Positions 42,524 through 55,599 of a DNA stretch of 64,000 bases are shown here, piece after piece (position 1 is the stretch's first letter; the number at the start of each line of letters is the position of its first letter). Source of the stretch: Octopus vulgaris (Eukaryota); assembly GCA_951406725.2 (NCBI GenBank), contig OX597820.1, forward strand, positions 94,488,001 through 94,552,000, in the 5' to 3' direction. The notes below the pieces were generated by a model that saw only the letters and a list, made by a program, of their open reading frames with translations, was not told the origin of the DNA and ran no database searches. Made by a program: the position numbers and the translations under genes.

Positions 42524-45500
42524 ATAAAATGCCAAAGTGCTCAATACGCATTTGTAGCAAGTCATCTACCTTGTCCAGTCGCGACCCTTTAAACTAAAGG
42601 CGAATATCTATTTGATAAACGTAAACCGACTTGAAGCCAGAAGGCGATGTTTCAGCATAATCGCAGTCCAAAACTGAAACAAGTAAAAATATGTATAAGT
42701 GCACAATACAGAAGATTGGATAAGGAAATAGTTGAGGTAAGGTAGAGAAAAGGCAGTGCATTAAAGAGAGATTTAAAGAAAAGAGCAAGGAATTTTAGGG
42801 AACCAATTTAGAAATACATTAAAGAAAGATCTAGGCATACATCATTTCGAATTAGAAGGAAAATCCTTCATTGCTACTAAATGCACCTTATTCTTATAAT
42901 CGTGGTACCAAGTATAGAGATTAATAGCTTCACATAAGATCTGGGGTGTAAGTCGATACAACTGACCAAAAATTGGTCCACAGGAAAATTTGAAGTATAG
43001 AGATGCTGGATCATGTATTTGAAGAATCCCCAGGTGCTATTTCAAGCATCAAAGAGGTTTTACCAGGTTCGGTCATGCTGTTTTGATTATATACTGCACA
43101 TAGCAATATAGTTATTGTTTAACACCAGATCAGCCATAATCAAACAGCCCTCTGTTCAAAGACATTCAAATCATGACTATTCCATCTTTCGTTTCTGTAT
43201 CTTGAAATAAATCATCTAATGAGTGTTCTTCGATTTTTAAGACGGTTGTGTGATGTGGGCAAAATTTGTTCGTTATTTTTAGCAGATGTTGAAGAATAAC
43301 GTACAGCTGTTACTGTTCAGATCCAAGTTAGCCCAGATTGATCAAAAGTCATTCCAGCTATGACCATCCATCATTTCAAAGATTATTATATCTAGAACTA
43401 CATCATTATTCAATGTGTCCTTTGTTAAAACGTTTGGGCAAGGGTCAGAAACATCAGTTTCCTTACTGCTCATTGCAATATTCTCCTTTTCACTTACCGA
43501 ACACTTTGAACTCTGCTGTGTTTAAATTCACACTTATGTGCATGTGTATATGCGTACATATGGTCGAACATATATGAAAACATTTACTTGATCATTTTAA
43601 CTATCTACCTTTTTCATTGTCTCCCACTGTTTTTGCTTTGCCTTTCTTACTAATTTATTTTTAGCGACAACCCACCTCCTACTGATAATATTATTCCTTT
43701 TCATTGTCTATTAATAGTCATCCATCAATATTTATTAACCTTTCTAAAATTCATATTTTCTAAAGTTTCTAAATGTCAGAATTCCCCTCTTCCTCGCTCC
43801 ATCACAAACTTTTTCTGAAGTTTTCTTTTATTTTGGTTTAGTCTCCTGAAGAAGTACAATTGCCAAGATTGTTTTCAAGACTCCTGAGACTGGTGTAAAG
43901 AAAGGAAGAGAGCTCTTTATGCCAGAGACCAGTTCTGAATGATTACAACAGGGTGGACTCTGTTAAAGTTACCCCCCAAAGTTTGGCGAAACGTTTCAAA
44001 TAGGTGATAGAAAATGCGAAAACTTCTCGATATATTATATAAAAACCATCTAAATGCTGCAACAAACTAAACTAGTTTTCAATAGAAATTCCAACAATAA
44101 CATAGTATGATATAAGGAGCAGTAACACAATATTACAAGGTTTTAGAGTAGGTATAGGAGACGATTCAATCACTACATATATTTTGAATTGCTTTATCAA
44201 AATTTAATCCAATAAGCCAGGCTCTCTTCTCACAAATAAAAATCAAGCGATAATAGCAATTGCAATCTGTGTTTATCGATGTTAAATCTATACACGAAAT
44301 TGAAACTTATTGCAAATGACGGAATACATACGTGTGAGGTGTGAGAAGTAAGCACTCCTTGACTTGCTAAGCTCAAAAATACCATGGGGAAAACAACAAT
44401 AAATATTTATTCATTTGAACAGTTGTATTTAAGTGTCATTTTATATTAACATATATTTAGATATCCTTTAGTTTCGAATATCCGTGTTTAGTTTATATTT
44501 GGTGCTAAGCAAACTGTTCAGTGTTTATGTGGAACATTGTATTATACATACATACATTCATTCATGTATGTATGCATATATATGTGTGTAGGAATATATG
44601 TATGCATATGTATTTACTCTTTACTCTTTACTCTTTTACTCTTTTACTTGTTTCAGTCATTTGACTGCGGCCATGCTGGAGCACCGCCTTTAGTCGTGCA
44701 AATTGACCCCGGGACTTATTCTTTGTAAGCCCAGTACTTATTCTATCGGTCTCTTTTGCCGAACTGCTAAGTAACGGGGACACAAACACACCAGCATCGG
44801 TTGTCAAGCAATGCTAGGGGAAAAACACAGACACACAAGCACACAGACACACACATATATATATACATATATACGATGAGTGTCTTTCAGTTTCCGTTTA
44901 CCAAATCCACTCACAAGGCTTTGGTCGGCCCGAGGCTATAGTAGAAGACACTTGCCCAAGGTGCCACGCAGTGGGACTGAACCCGGAACCATGTGGTTGG
45001 TAAACAAGCTACTTACCACGCAGACACTCCTGCGCCTATTTGAGTATGTATATGCGTGTTTTTATGTATAGTGATACATAAAGAGATCCAAAACATTAAC
45101 TGGAAAATTACTCAAAGTGCATATTATGCTTTTCGTTTCATATATTCAGGGCGTTCGGGTTAGCATAAAATACAAATTGACTATTTGTTTATTTTTTGTT
45201 TTATTTTATTTTATATTAAACTCATTTATTCTTTTATTCTTTTACTTGTTTCAGTCATTTGACTGCGACCATGCTGGAGCACCGCCTTTAGTCGAACAAA
45301 TCAATCCCAGGACTTATTCTTTGTAAATCTAGTACTTATTTTATCAGTGTCTTTTACTGAATCGCTAAATTTCGGGGACGTAAACACACTTTTCGTCTAC
45401 CAAATCCACTTACAAGCCTTTGGTCAGCCCGAGGTTGACACTTGCCCAAGGTGCCACGCAGTAGGACTGAACCCGAAACCATGCAGTTGGGAAACAAGTT

Positions 45501-46410
45501 TCTTATCACACAGCCTGCGCCTTAATAAATTTTTGGGTTACAGGAGAGTCTTGTCCACATACGCGAAATACATCACTGTCAGATATGTCTTCGGATGTCA
45601 GGTATGTCTTCGGATAGAGAAGTAATCGACACTATCCTCAGAGAATACCAATTATGTACAGGAGTACGCATAAACTAGGACAAGTTGGTGGGTTTGCAAT
45701 TACGCAAGTTCATGTTGACCAGTAGCGATTTCCGTTGCTGGGCCGAGGTTCCGGTGAAGGTACTCGGAGTCTGGTCCTGACCAGACCTCTAGGTGGATAG
45801 GAACTTGGATGCGGCTACAAGTAGGGTGGCTAGTCTCATTTAGAGATTGGCTGCGAGGAAACTGTATCTGAAGGCTGAGCTGAAGCAGTGAATGCGTATA
45901 TTGCTTCGGTGGTGTACTTCCGTTTGACAGTCGTAGCTTGTCCCAATAAAACTCGAACCAGATTAGAACACTTACTTTTCCGATTCTTATGGAAGAGTCA
46001 AGTTGCAATAGTCATAAAATCAAGCTGTCGTCAGTACTCACTCTGTGGTGGTCTCGGGTTTCTGTTCTTGATGACGTGCCGGCTGTGCTGAGGTTGATGC
46101 ACCTGTAGAAATATCTAGATTACGACGCTGAAAACGAGGGCAAACTAGTATGCATTTCTTTTGTGCAAGATGTCTTTCTGTTGCTCGCCACATTGGTTGA
46201 GCTTCAATCATGGGCCAAGCGTAGACCAAGACTGAGCATTTTGCATCTAGAATGATGTTTGGTTCGCGACAACCTGTTCGGGACAACCTCTTCAGGCATG
46301 GAAGCGCCAGATGCTGAGTGTATCTGAGATGTATGTAGGATGACAAAACCGTCCTTCACTAAATCGCTCAATTGCATTAGCGATTTGTGAAGATGACGGT
46401 AGAGAGGTGC

Positions 46411-46448
<38 letters not shown>

Positions 46449-49444
46449 CAGAAGCAGCAGCAGCAATAGAAGCAGTAGCAGTAAGGCTAGGAGCTAGTAG
46501 ATTCGTTCGCACGCCTTACCGGCTTAGCAGTGTTTCTTCCTTTCTTATATCCAGAATTCAAATTCCGCTCAGGTCAACCTTGTTTTTCCTCCTTTCGAGG
46601 TCGATAAATTAAGTACCAGTCAAGTTCTGGAATCGATGTAATTGACTTAACCCCTTCCCAAAATTTCTGGTTTTGTGCCAAAATTTAAAACCATTTACTA
46701 TTATTATTACTAATTTTAGATATTCAATAATTTCAACTAAACTTTTACTGCATCACCTGCTCAACAACTTGAAGTATATGCATTTTGGGGTGTTCTTGGT
46801 TTTGTTGGAGTTAGGGAAGAACAGACTCTTTCCAGCACATTATTGCATCAATTTGATTTTTTATGGGGTTTGGCTTGAATCTTTTGTTGCATTAGTATTT
46901 GTATTTTGTGTTTCGTGAGTAATGCGAGTTATGTCCTGTTTGGTATCCGACTTGAAGAGTACATGTTTGCTTTATTGGGCATTTACTTTATAGAGAGTGT
47001 CTAGTGCTCATGGATTGTCTTGTTTGGGTTGCACTATTGACTTGATAGTGTCATGCGTAGGATGTTTGCTGTTCCTAACAGTATTATTCCTTTTGATAGC
47101 GTCCAGTGTTGAAGGTCCAGGTATGGTGTCTACGTTTTTGATATGTTTTTATCATACCAGATGCTCTAACTATTACTGGTATTGTTTTTGACTTAATGCT
47201 CCAAATATTGAATACTTCAGTTTCGAAATCTTTGTACATTGACAGTTTCTCCACTTCTTTTTGAGAAAATATTATTATTATTATTATTCTATGTTTGACT
47301 TTTGCTTTATATTTGTACAAGTTGGCTCCAAGTCTCACCCAGAGACCTCAAGAGACAACAGGGTTGGAAGTTCATGTTGTTGTTATGCCTAGTGTGCCAT
47401 ATAATTTGGGGGGGGGGGGTTGTACTAATGAATGTCTAAAAAAAGGTCTCTTTCGGCAAATTATAAAACTTGGCACTTGGTTGTTAATTTATCATTGAAG
47501 ACACTCAAGCATCAATCTCAATAGCTGTCCCCAATAGAATAGGTTTTGGGCCTGCTCTACCCTCATGTCAATTCCAATTTCTCCGACATATTTCTCGAAT
47601 CTGGTTGTTAGTGCTCCGAGGGCCCCTAGAACTACTGGAATAACGGTTACTTTCCTCATTGCTCACATTTTTGTATTTTCCTTTTTTTTAGTAATTTGTA
47701 TTTCTCTACCTTTTTCAACTCTTTCTCAACTACGCGTGCATCCTCATGTATGGCAATATCTATGATCTTAGTTTCCTTTTTCCTTTTATCTACCACAACA
47801 ATTTCTGGTTTCCGAGCATCAGCTAGGGAATCACATTGAACTAAAAATTCCACAAGATCTTATACTTATTGTTCTCAGTGACACCCTCCAGTTCATGTTC
47901 GTACCATTTCCATGCTCTTCCTAGGCCATACTTTTCACACAGTCTTCAGTGAACAAACTTAGCCAGTTATCGTGCAGCCTTTTGAAGTGAATCTGTGCCA
48001 GTTTGCTACCTTAACTCTCAAAGTGTGATTGTTTCGTTTTTACTGCCACACATCCTACAAGGGGGCGATTAACTGTTGTTATTTATTAGGAACTTGGTGT
48101 TATTAGTTCTCAGAGCTTGTTCCTGGGTGTTGCATATCAATATCTCAGTTCATCCTTTCAGATCACTTTTCCTTATCCATCTTCATGTGTTAGTCTTGTC
48201 TTAATCTTAGATTTCTCTGAGGTAATGTCTCTACATTCATTTCCAGTTGTTCTTTCTTCCTCATCTAGTTTCTTAAATAATTTTCAGCGCGTCACATTTT
48301 TGGTAGTTATCATGTTGCTATTTCTAGCTGCGGCAAGCAAGGATTTACTCTGCTGTTTGATGCACCGCCCCAGACTGTTCTCGTTGACAACCTAGATCTT
48401 GCACCCTATGAGGCTTCTTCTTCCCTTCTTTCTAGGCACATTAAATCTATCGATATCACATTAAATCTATCGATATCCTTGTTCATTGTCATCACTCTTC
48501 AAGCTCATACTTCCCATAATTAATTTGGTTCTTAGATATTCTCGCCTAAAGCTTTCCTTTATTTCACTCTCCATTCTCCTTCCATTCTCCATTCTCCTAT
48601 GCAAATCGCAAACAACAATGACGGTAGTCTCTCCCTGAAATATGCCACTTTTAAAGTTAACCTTCACTAAAATTTGTCCACATAAGTCTGTATTCCAGTT
48701 ATTCATTAATCACCTAATGAAATAAATATAAGAAATAATTGATAATTGGAGCATTGGGCATGATAAAAAAACCTACGAAGAAAAACGTTGAAGCTATATC
48801 TGGACTCTCAATACTACACATTGTACAAAATAGAGCACTGCTAGGAACAGCCTGCATCCTACGCAAGACACTATCAATTCGATTACACAACCTAAACAAA
48901 ACAATTCACAAACACAAGACACAGCAAATATCCAATGAAATAAACTGCAACCGATAGGCAATTTAACCAACGCACTACACGCACAACATACAATACAGAC
49001 ATTAATGCAACAAAAGATTGCACTACATCCCATAACAAAGGAACTGACGCAATACAATACTGTGAAGAGTTTGCACACTCCGAACAACAACAACAACAAT
49101 AACAAAATAGAACATACAATGCTGCACAGCCCAGCATCACAGAAGTGTAGCAGGTGATGCAGTATAATTTGCTTGAAACTACCAAATGTTGAACGATGAT
49201 AATAATAGTAATGGTTTCAAATTTTGGCACAAGGCCAGCAAGTTCGGTGGAGGGGGAAAGTCGATTACATCGATCCCATGGTTTAACTGGTACCTATATC
49301 ATGGACCATGAAAGAATGAAGGGCAAGGTAGACCTCGGCGGAATTTGGACTCTAGACGGACGAAATGCAGCTAATCATTTTGCATGGCATACTAACGATT
49401 GTAGCAGCTCGCTGCATTAATAACAATGATGATGATGATGATGC

Positions 49445-49478
<34 letters not shown>

Positions 49479-49926
49479 ACTAATAATAATAATAATAATA
49501 ATGTGTTCCCACTGATAAACTAAGAGATGTAAGTGTTTGGCAACTAAGTTAACGTAAGAACTTGGAAATTGAAATACGAAAGAAGCGGCATCTTAAAGCG
49601 AGAACTGTTCCTGTTATTGTAGGTGCCCTAGGTATGATACAAAAGGGATGTCAGAAACATCTAGATAAGATCTCAGAAGAACCATGTCTCAGAGAAATCC
49701 ATAAGTTTGTACTGACAAGTACTGTCCACATCCTTAGAAAAACCCTACGCATTTAAATGTCTCTGTTGCATTACCTGAATATGTTTCACTACTTCACCGC
49801 CCCACCAAGCTTTCAGTCATACTGTAACATGTAACATCTCTTATCTTTTACTCGCCCCATATTCTTCTTCTTCTTCTTCTTCTTCTTCTTCTTCTTCTTC
49901 TTCTTCTTCTTCTTCTTCTTCTTCTT

Positions 49927-50065
<139 letters not shown>

Positions 50066-50299
50066 TTGTTGTTGTTATTAAAATTGGCGAGCTGGCAGAA
50101 CAGCACGGTGGGAAAATGCTGAACGGCATTTCGTCCGTCCTTACGGTCTGAGTTCAAATTCTGTTGAGGTCAACTTTGCCTCTCGGGGTTGATAAATTAA
50201 GTATCTGTTACGTATTGGGGTCGATCTAATCGACTGCCCCTTCCCCTAAAATTTCAGGCTTTGTGCTTATAGTAGAAAGTATTATTATTATTATTATTA

Positions 50300-50365
<66 letters not shown>

Positions 50366-50661
50366 TATGTTTGACTTTTGCTTTATATTTGTACAAGTTG
50401 GCTCCAAGTCTCACCCAGAGACCTCAAGAGACAACAGGTTGGAAGTTCATGTTGTTGTTATGCCTAGTGTGCCATATATTTGGGGGGGGGGAGTTTTTGG
50501 TGTTGTTCTAATGAATGTCTAAAAAAAAAATTTTTTTTAAACCGAAAATTATGTTTGTTTTAAACATTGAGATTACATAGAAAGTATTTTGCGCAGGATA
50601 TGAGGAGTTCCCATGAGCACTAATATTATTATTATAGTAGTAGTAGTAGTAGTAGGAGGAG

Positions 50662-50787
<126 letters not shown>

Positions 50788-51135
50788 AAACATTATTTAT
50801 TTGTTTGTTTATAACTAATTCTGTATCCCCCGGAAAGTATTTCCTACAGAAGAACTTATGTAACCAATAGCAATAATCTTAGTTATATCAACACATACAT
50901 ACATACATACATACATACATACATACATACATACATACATAACATACATACATACATACATACATACATAACATACATACATACATATATTTATATATAT
51001 AGGGAGAGAGAGAGAAGGAAAAAGAGAGATCGTGTTACCAGTTTAGCATATACATGTATCTATATATGTACGTACATACATATATGTTTTTTTTTTTTTC
51101 TCTCCTTCTTTCTGTGTTTTTTTTCTCTCTGTGTA

Positions 51136-51173
51136 TCTTTCTGTTGAAGAGCGTAGGCTCGAAACGTTAAAGA
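51136..51173 (+). ncRNA. Minimal type-I hammerhead ribozyme-like motif in a ~190-bp element present only in the right arm
   Basis: tcttt-CTGTTGA-a-GAGC-gtag-GCTC-GAAAC-GTT-aaaga: 5-bp stem I, 4-bp stem II, core differs from CUGANGA at position 6. Confidence 0.65.
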
Positions 51174-52402
51174 CTTGTTTTATTTATATTTCCTGAGCGC
51201 CATACTAATACAATTGTTTGTTTGTTTTCCACCTGCCTTCGTCTTTTGTCTATTTTCATAAAGCTTCCCGTTACATAAATACATGCATACATACATCATG
51301 TATCCTTATCTGCTCACCTGAATTTCTCTCATAGCCACCCATTACTTCGTGGACTCCGTCCCTGATAAAAATTTCGGAGTGTAAATTCAAATCATTTGAG
51401 TGCTAAGTATTTTCCATATTGAGAATGTATGTACGTATGCATGTATGCATGTATGTATGTCTGTCTCTTCTATTTCTGAATTATCATAAATCTTCCATTG
51501 GGGAGGTCGCCGGTTTCCAACAAAGATACATGACTCCATCTTTGGGATGTAGTTAACACAGATAAATTCACATTTGTAACTTGAGAAAAGTTTGCATATT
51601 TTTACTCTTCCAGTCACAGGTTGCACTTGTAATGTACGAATTAGCCGGTCGATTTCTCTTTCTGAAAATCCCTGTTTATTCAGATTCTCCTAGTGCTCCA
51701 ATTATTATTGGTATGATTATGAATATAGAGCTAGATGATATATATGTCCATATATATCTTCTTTTCTTTTGATTTTCAGAGAGATATTTATATCTGCAGG
51801 GCAGCTGACCTCTATGACGGTACATACCTTTGCCCCTTTATCCCAAACAACAATATCTGACCTGTTAATGTTTACATTTGACAGAAGTTTTGATGGGAAT
51901 ATTCCACCAGTTTTCCTTAAGTTGTTGTTTGTGAATGTATTCCATAACAGGGATTTTCTAAGTTTATTTCAGGACAGTCTTTTTTGCGGATGGCATTGTA
52001 AATTGTTTTAGCAACAACATCGTGCTGCATAGGGAGGTAGTATCGTGATGACATTTTAGGACAGCTGCTAATCACATGCGTGATGTCTTCCACAGAAACA
52101 TGACATAGCTTACACATACAGTTGATCTTTGGGATTACAAGAGCGTCACTATCTCTCATGTTCACCAGATACTTTGTGGCAATATCCTGTTCCTGGATTG
52201 CAAACGCATAGCCTTCAAAGTGTGATGTGATGTTGAGGAGAGGACTGAACAACAACCTTCTGGCATTCTCCTTGTTAAGGAACTGCTTCGCTATGCCGAA
52301 GCGCCATTACACCCTCCATAGTGTCCCTTGTTCCAGCCACGCCTACCTTCTCCCAGGTTTTGTTATATATGTTTGAATGTATGTGTGCGTATATATGTTT
52401 GC

Positions 52403-52435
<33 letters not shown>

Positions 52436-54494
52436 TGTGTGTGCTTGTGTGTGTGTGTGCTTGTGTGTGTGTGCTTGTGTGTGTGTGTGCTTGTGTGTGT
52501 GTGTGCTTGTGTGTGTGTGTGAGTGTATGTGTGTATATATTGTTGTATCTAGGAAGAGTCATTATGCTAATACTATTAACACACTCACTGGTTCAATTCC
52601 ACTAGTTCAATTTATTATTAGTCAATTGGTTGCATATCCAACAAACCAATCGATTGTTTGATTGATTTGGTTAAACATTGATACATTGGTTTTGTTTTTG
52701 TTTGTCAAAGTTCTTTCGTTGCCGATTGGAACCCTTTCAATATCTTTCTTCTTAGTCCATTACAGATGCTGTGCTTCTCTGCCTGAGACTTTGGGGTCAA
52801 ACTATACACAAGCATAGGGTGACCCAAAATTAAGGCAACCAATTTTTTTTTCAATTTTGTCAAAGTAAAATATTGTTGTATTTCGCATCTAGCATTGCAG
52901 TACAATCATAAAGGAAACACAATTATGACAATACCACATTTATTCGATATGATCACCTCTGTTTCGAATCACGGCCTTAAATCGAAGTGCAAATGGTTCA
53001 CATATGGTAAGCAGCTGTTCTTGCAGAATCGAAATCCATTCCTAGCGCAGTGTCGAGCATGAACCAGACAGAAAAATCCAACGGATTGAGATCGGGGCTT
53101 TTTGAGGGCCATACATCCTTGCCTATGAACGACGGAATATTGTTGTGTCTGTTTGAAGCTGTGGGATGGTGCCGAGTCCTATTGGAGGCGCCAAGGTGCG
53201 TCTTGAAAGTGTACATTCACCCATGGAAGCTGTTCAGCTTCCAGAATATCCCCAATGAATCGCTAGTTGGTAATTTTAACCCACGATGGCACAAAAAACG
53301 AAGGAAGACCTTTTAGTGGCTGTCACAGTCGCCCAAACCATAACTAACTTGATGTTGACGTCGATTTACGAGCCAGATAGATACACTCCAAAGTTCGACG
53401 GAACCAGATACACTCCAAAGTGTGAATTTATATAGTCTGAAACACAAAGAAAACACACGAAGCTTTTATAATGATGTATAATTTTCATATCGTATCATAT
53501 TTAAAGATAGCTATTGAAGCCTGAAACTTCTGTTGCCTTAATTTCGGAACACTGTATATTCTGCCCCTACCACATCTGAACGGGGAAGATCACCAATCAT
53601 CATCCAGTACATAGCTAGCTCCATTCACCAAAGTATCAAGGTAACTATAGATTGAACTATCTTGGAAATGGATGCGTGGCGCTTAATCATATAATAATAT
53701 AAATAACATATATATGCATATATACATACATGTACATACTTACATATATATGTATATACACATGCATAAGCCGTAAAAAAAAACGTAAACAACATGAGAT
53801 AGAATATGAAAAACAAAAACATGGAAAACGAAAGAAACAAATAGAAAAACAAGACAGGCAACATAAAGAACAATCCCTTCATCAGTTGTTCACTGCTTTT
53901 TCTACTTCGCATTCCGAGCATTAGGACAAGATGCGTCTTCGTCAAAACAGTTGCTCCCGCAAAGCAAATTTAATAAAATTTGGGATTTGCGGAGGGTCAA
54001 AATTGGTAACAAAAGCAGGACAGTGAAAACAAACGGTAAGGGCTGTTAAGCCATAATGAGGTAAAGTGATGAACGTTGGAGAAACAAGCTTTGACAGGTG
54101 ACAGACAAAAATTCATGCTATCCCTGTAGCTGAACGAGAAGAAAGAAAGAAATTCGAGTTAGGAGAAGAAAGATGGCCGCTGGTCACGCGTGAGCAACGA
54201 TAGAGTCAAGGAGGAAGAGTGAGGGAGAGACAGGGGTAGATAGAGAAAGGTGAAGGAGGAGGAGAAGAATTAGAGAAAGGATGAGAGAGAAAAAAGGAAA
54301 GATAAAAAGAATATAGAAAGAGGAAGAGCGAGAGAAATAGAGATAGTGATAGAATAATGTTGCATCAGGATTATTAAGATAAAACTTACTTGGAAATAGA
54401 TGCGTGGCGTTCACTCATATAATATAGATAATATACATATATGCGTACCCTAACAACAGACTCTCATACCTTAATACTGATCCTTGGTTAGCGA

Positions 54495-55450
54495 CTGAAA
54501 AACAGCTAAGCACAGCTCCTCCACCCATAGCTTCAAAATATATTGTTCACAAGAACTCAACCTTGTCACACAATATGAAAATTAGTATACTAATCGTAGA
54601 CTTAGGATAAAGAATAATTTGTTCCCCCTATGCGAACCTTATGTAACAAAGAGACATGTACAGAACTTCATGCACAACATGCAATTCTCTGAATACAACC
54701 AGAAAGATGGGATTCGAATATACAGGGGAGTCAGTTAAGAAATTAGATATATGTAATGATACCAGTGGTACCTGTCGTAGATACCGAAATAAAGACTGGA
54801 ATAGTATACCGAGGATTTGTGACGAAGCAAACAGATTGAACATATTGTAAAAGGCTGATAAGTACAAAGTGTGATGTCTATAGAGGCTACACCTCATGGA
54901 GAATTAGCCCGTAGATTTAGGAAGGTTATGAAGGACACCAAATTCAACATTAAATCACTCAGAAACTAGGGAGCTGCATCAGATCATATTTATGTAGGGC
55001 GTACACCTTCGAGAATACCACATGCACTAATGAAAATTGTGCAGTATGTAACCTTAACCCCAGTATTAACTATAAAACTAGGAACGTGGTCTACAACATA
55101 GGGTGCATGGAAAGAGTTTGTAAGGACAGAAACACGGCATACATTGCGGAGACTTCTAGGAGTATAGCGGAGAGACTAAACATGCATTGGAGAGAGTATA
55201 ACGACAAGACACTGTCATTCATACTCTATCAACATGACAAAGACCAACACGGCGGCAACCTGGGCCGAATTGAAGTCCAGAATTGAATTCCGAATTGAAG
55301 TCCAGACACCCAAAGGACCAATCACTTATACAATTACAAGAATACGTCCTCATAAATGATGCATTACCTATACTTAACAGGAAATACACGTAGAAGGTAG
55401 GGATACCCCAATGCCACAGATATCACCCATACAGCGTAAATGCATAGGTA
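54495..55450 (+). mobile_element. Penelope-like element 3' fragment (GIY-YIG), right arm only
   Basis: VVYNIGC..C...YIAETSRSIAERLNMH; upstream LNIL*KADKY-like segment. Confidence 0.75.
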
Positions 55451-55599
55451 CATTCGTAAGTAGGCAGTCAAGTTGGTAATTAGTTTGGTTGGTAGTTAGG
55501 TAGGTAGGTAAGTAGGTAGGTAGGTAGGTGTAGGTAGGTGGGTAGGTAAGTAGGTTGGTGGGTAGCATGCACACACATCACGCAACAATATCTCAAGCA

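Noticed and set aside
42984-43898. Possible two-exon micro-protein (MLDHVFEESPG... plus SPEEVQLPRLF...)
   Set aside because: Weak donors, inconsistent phase and no recognisable homology.
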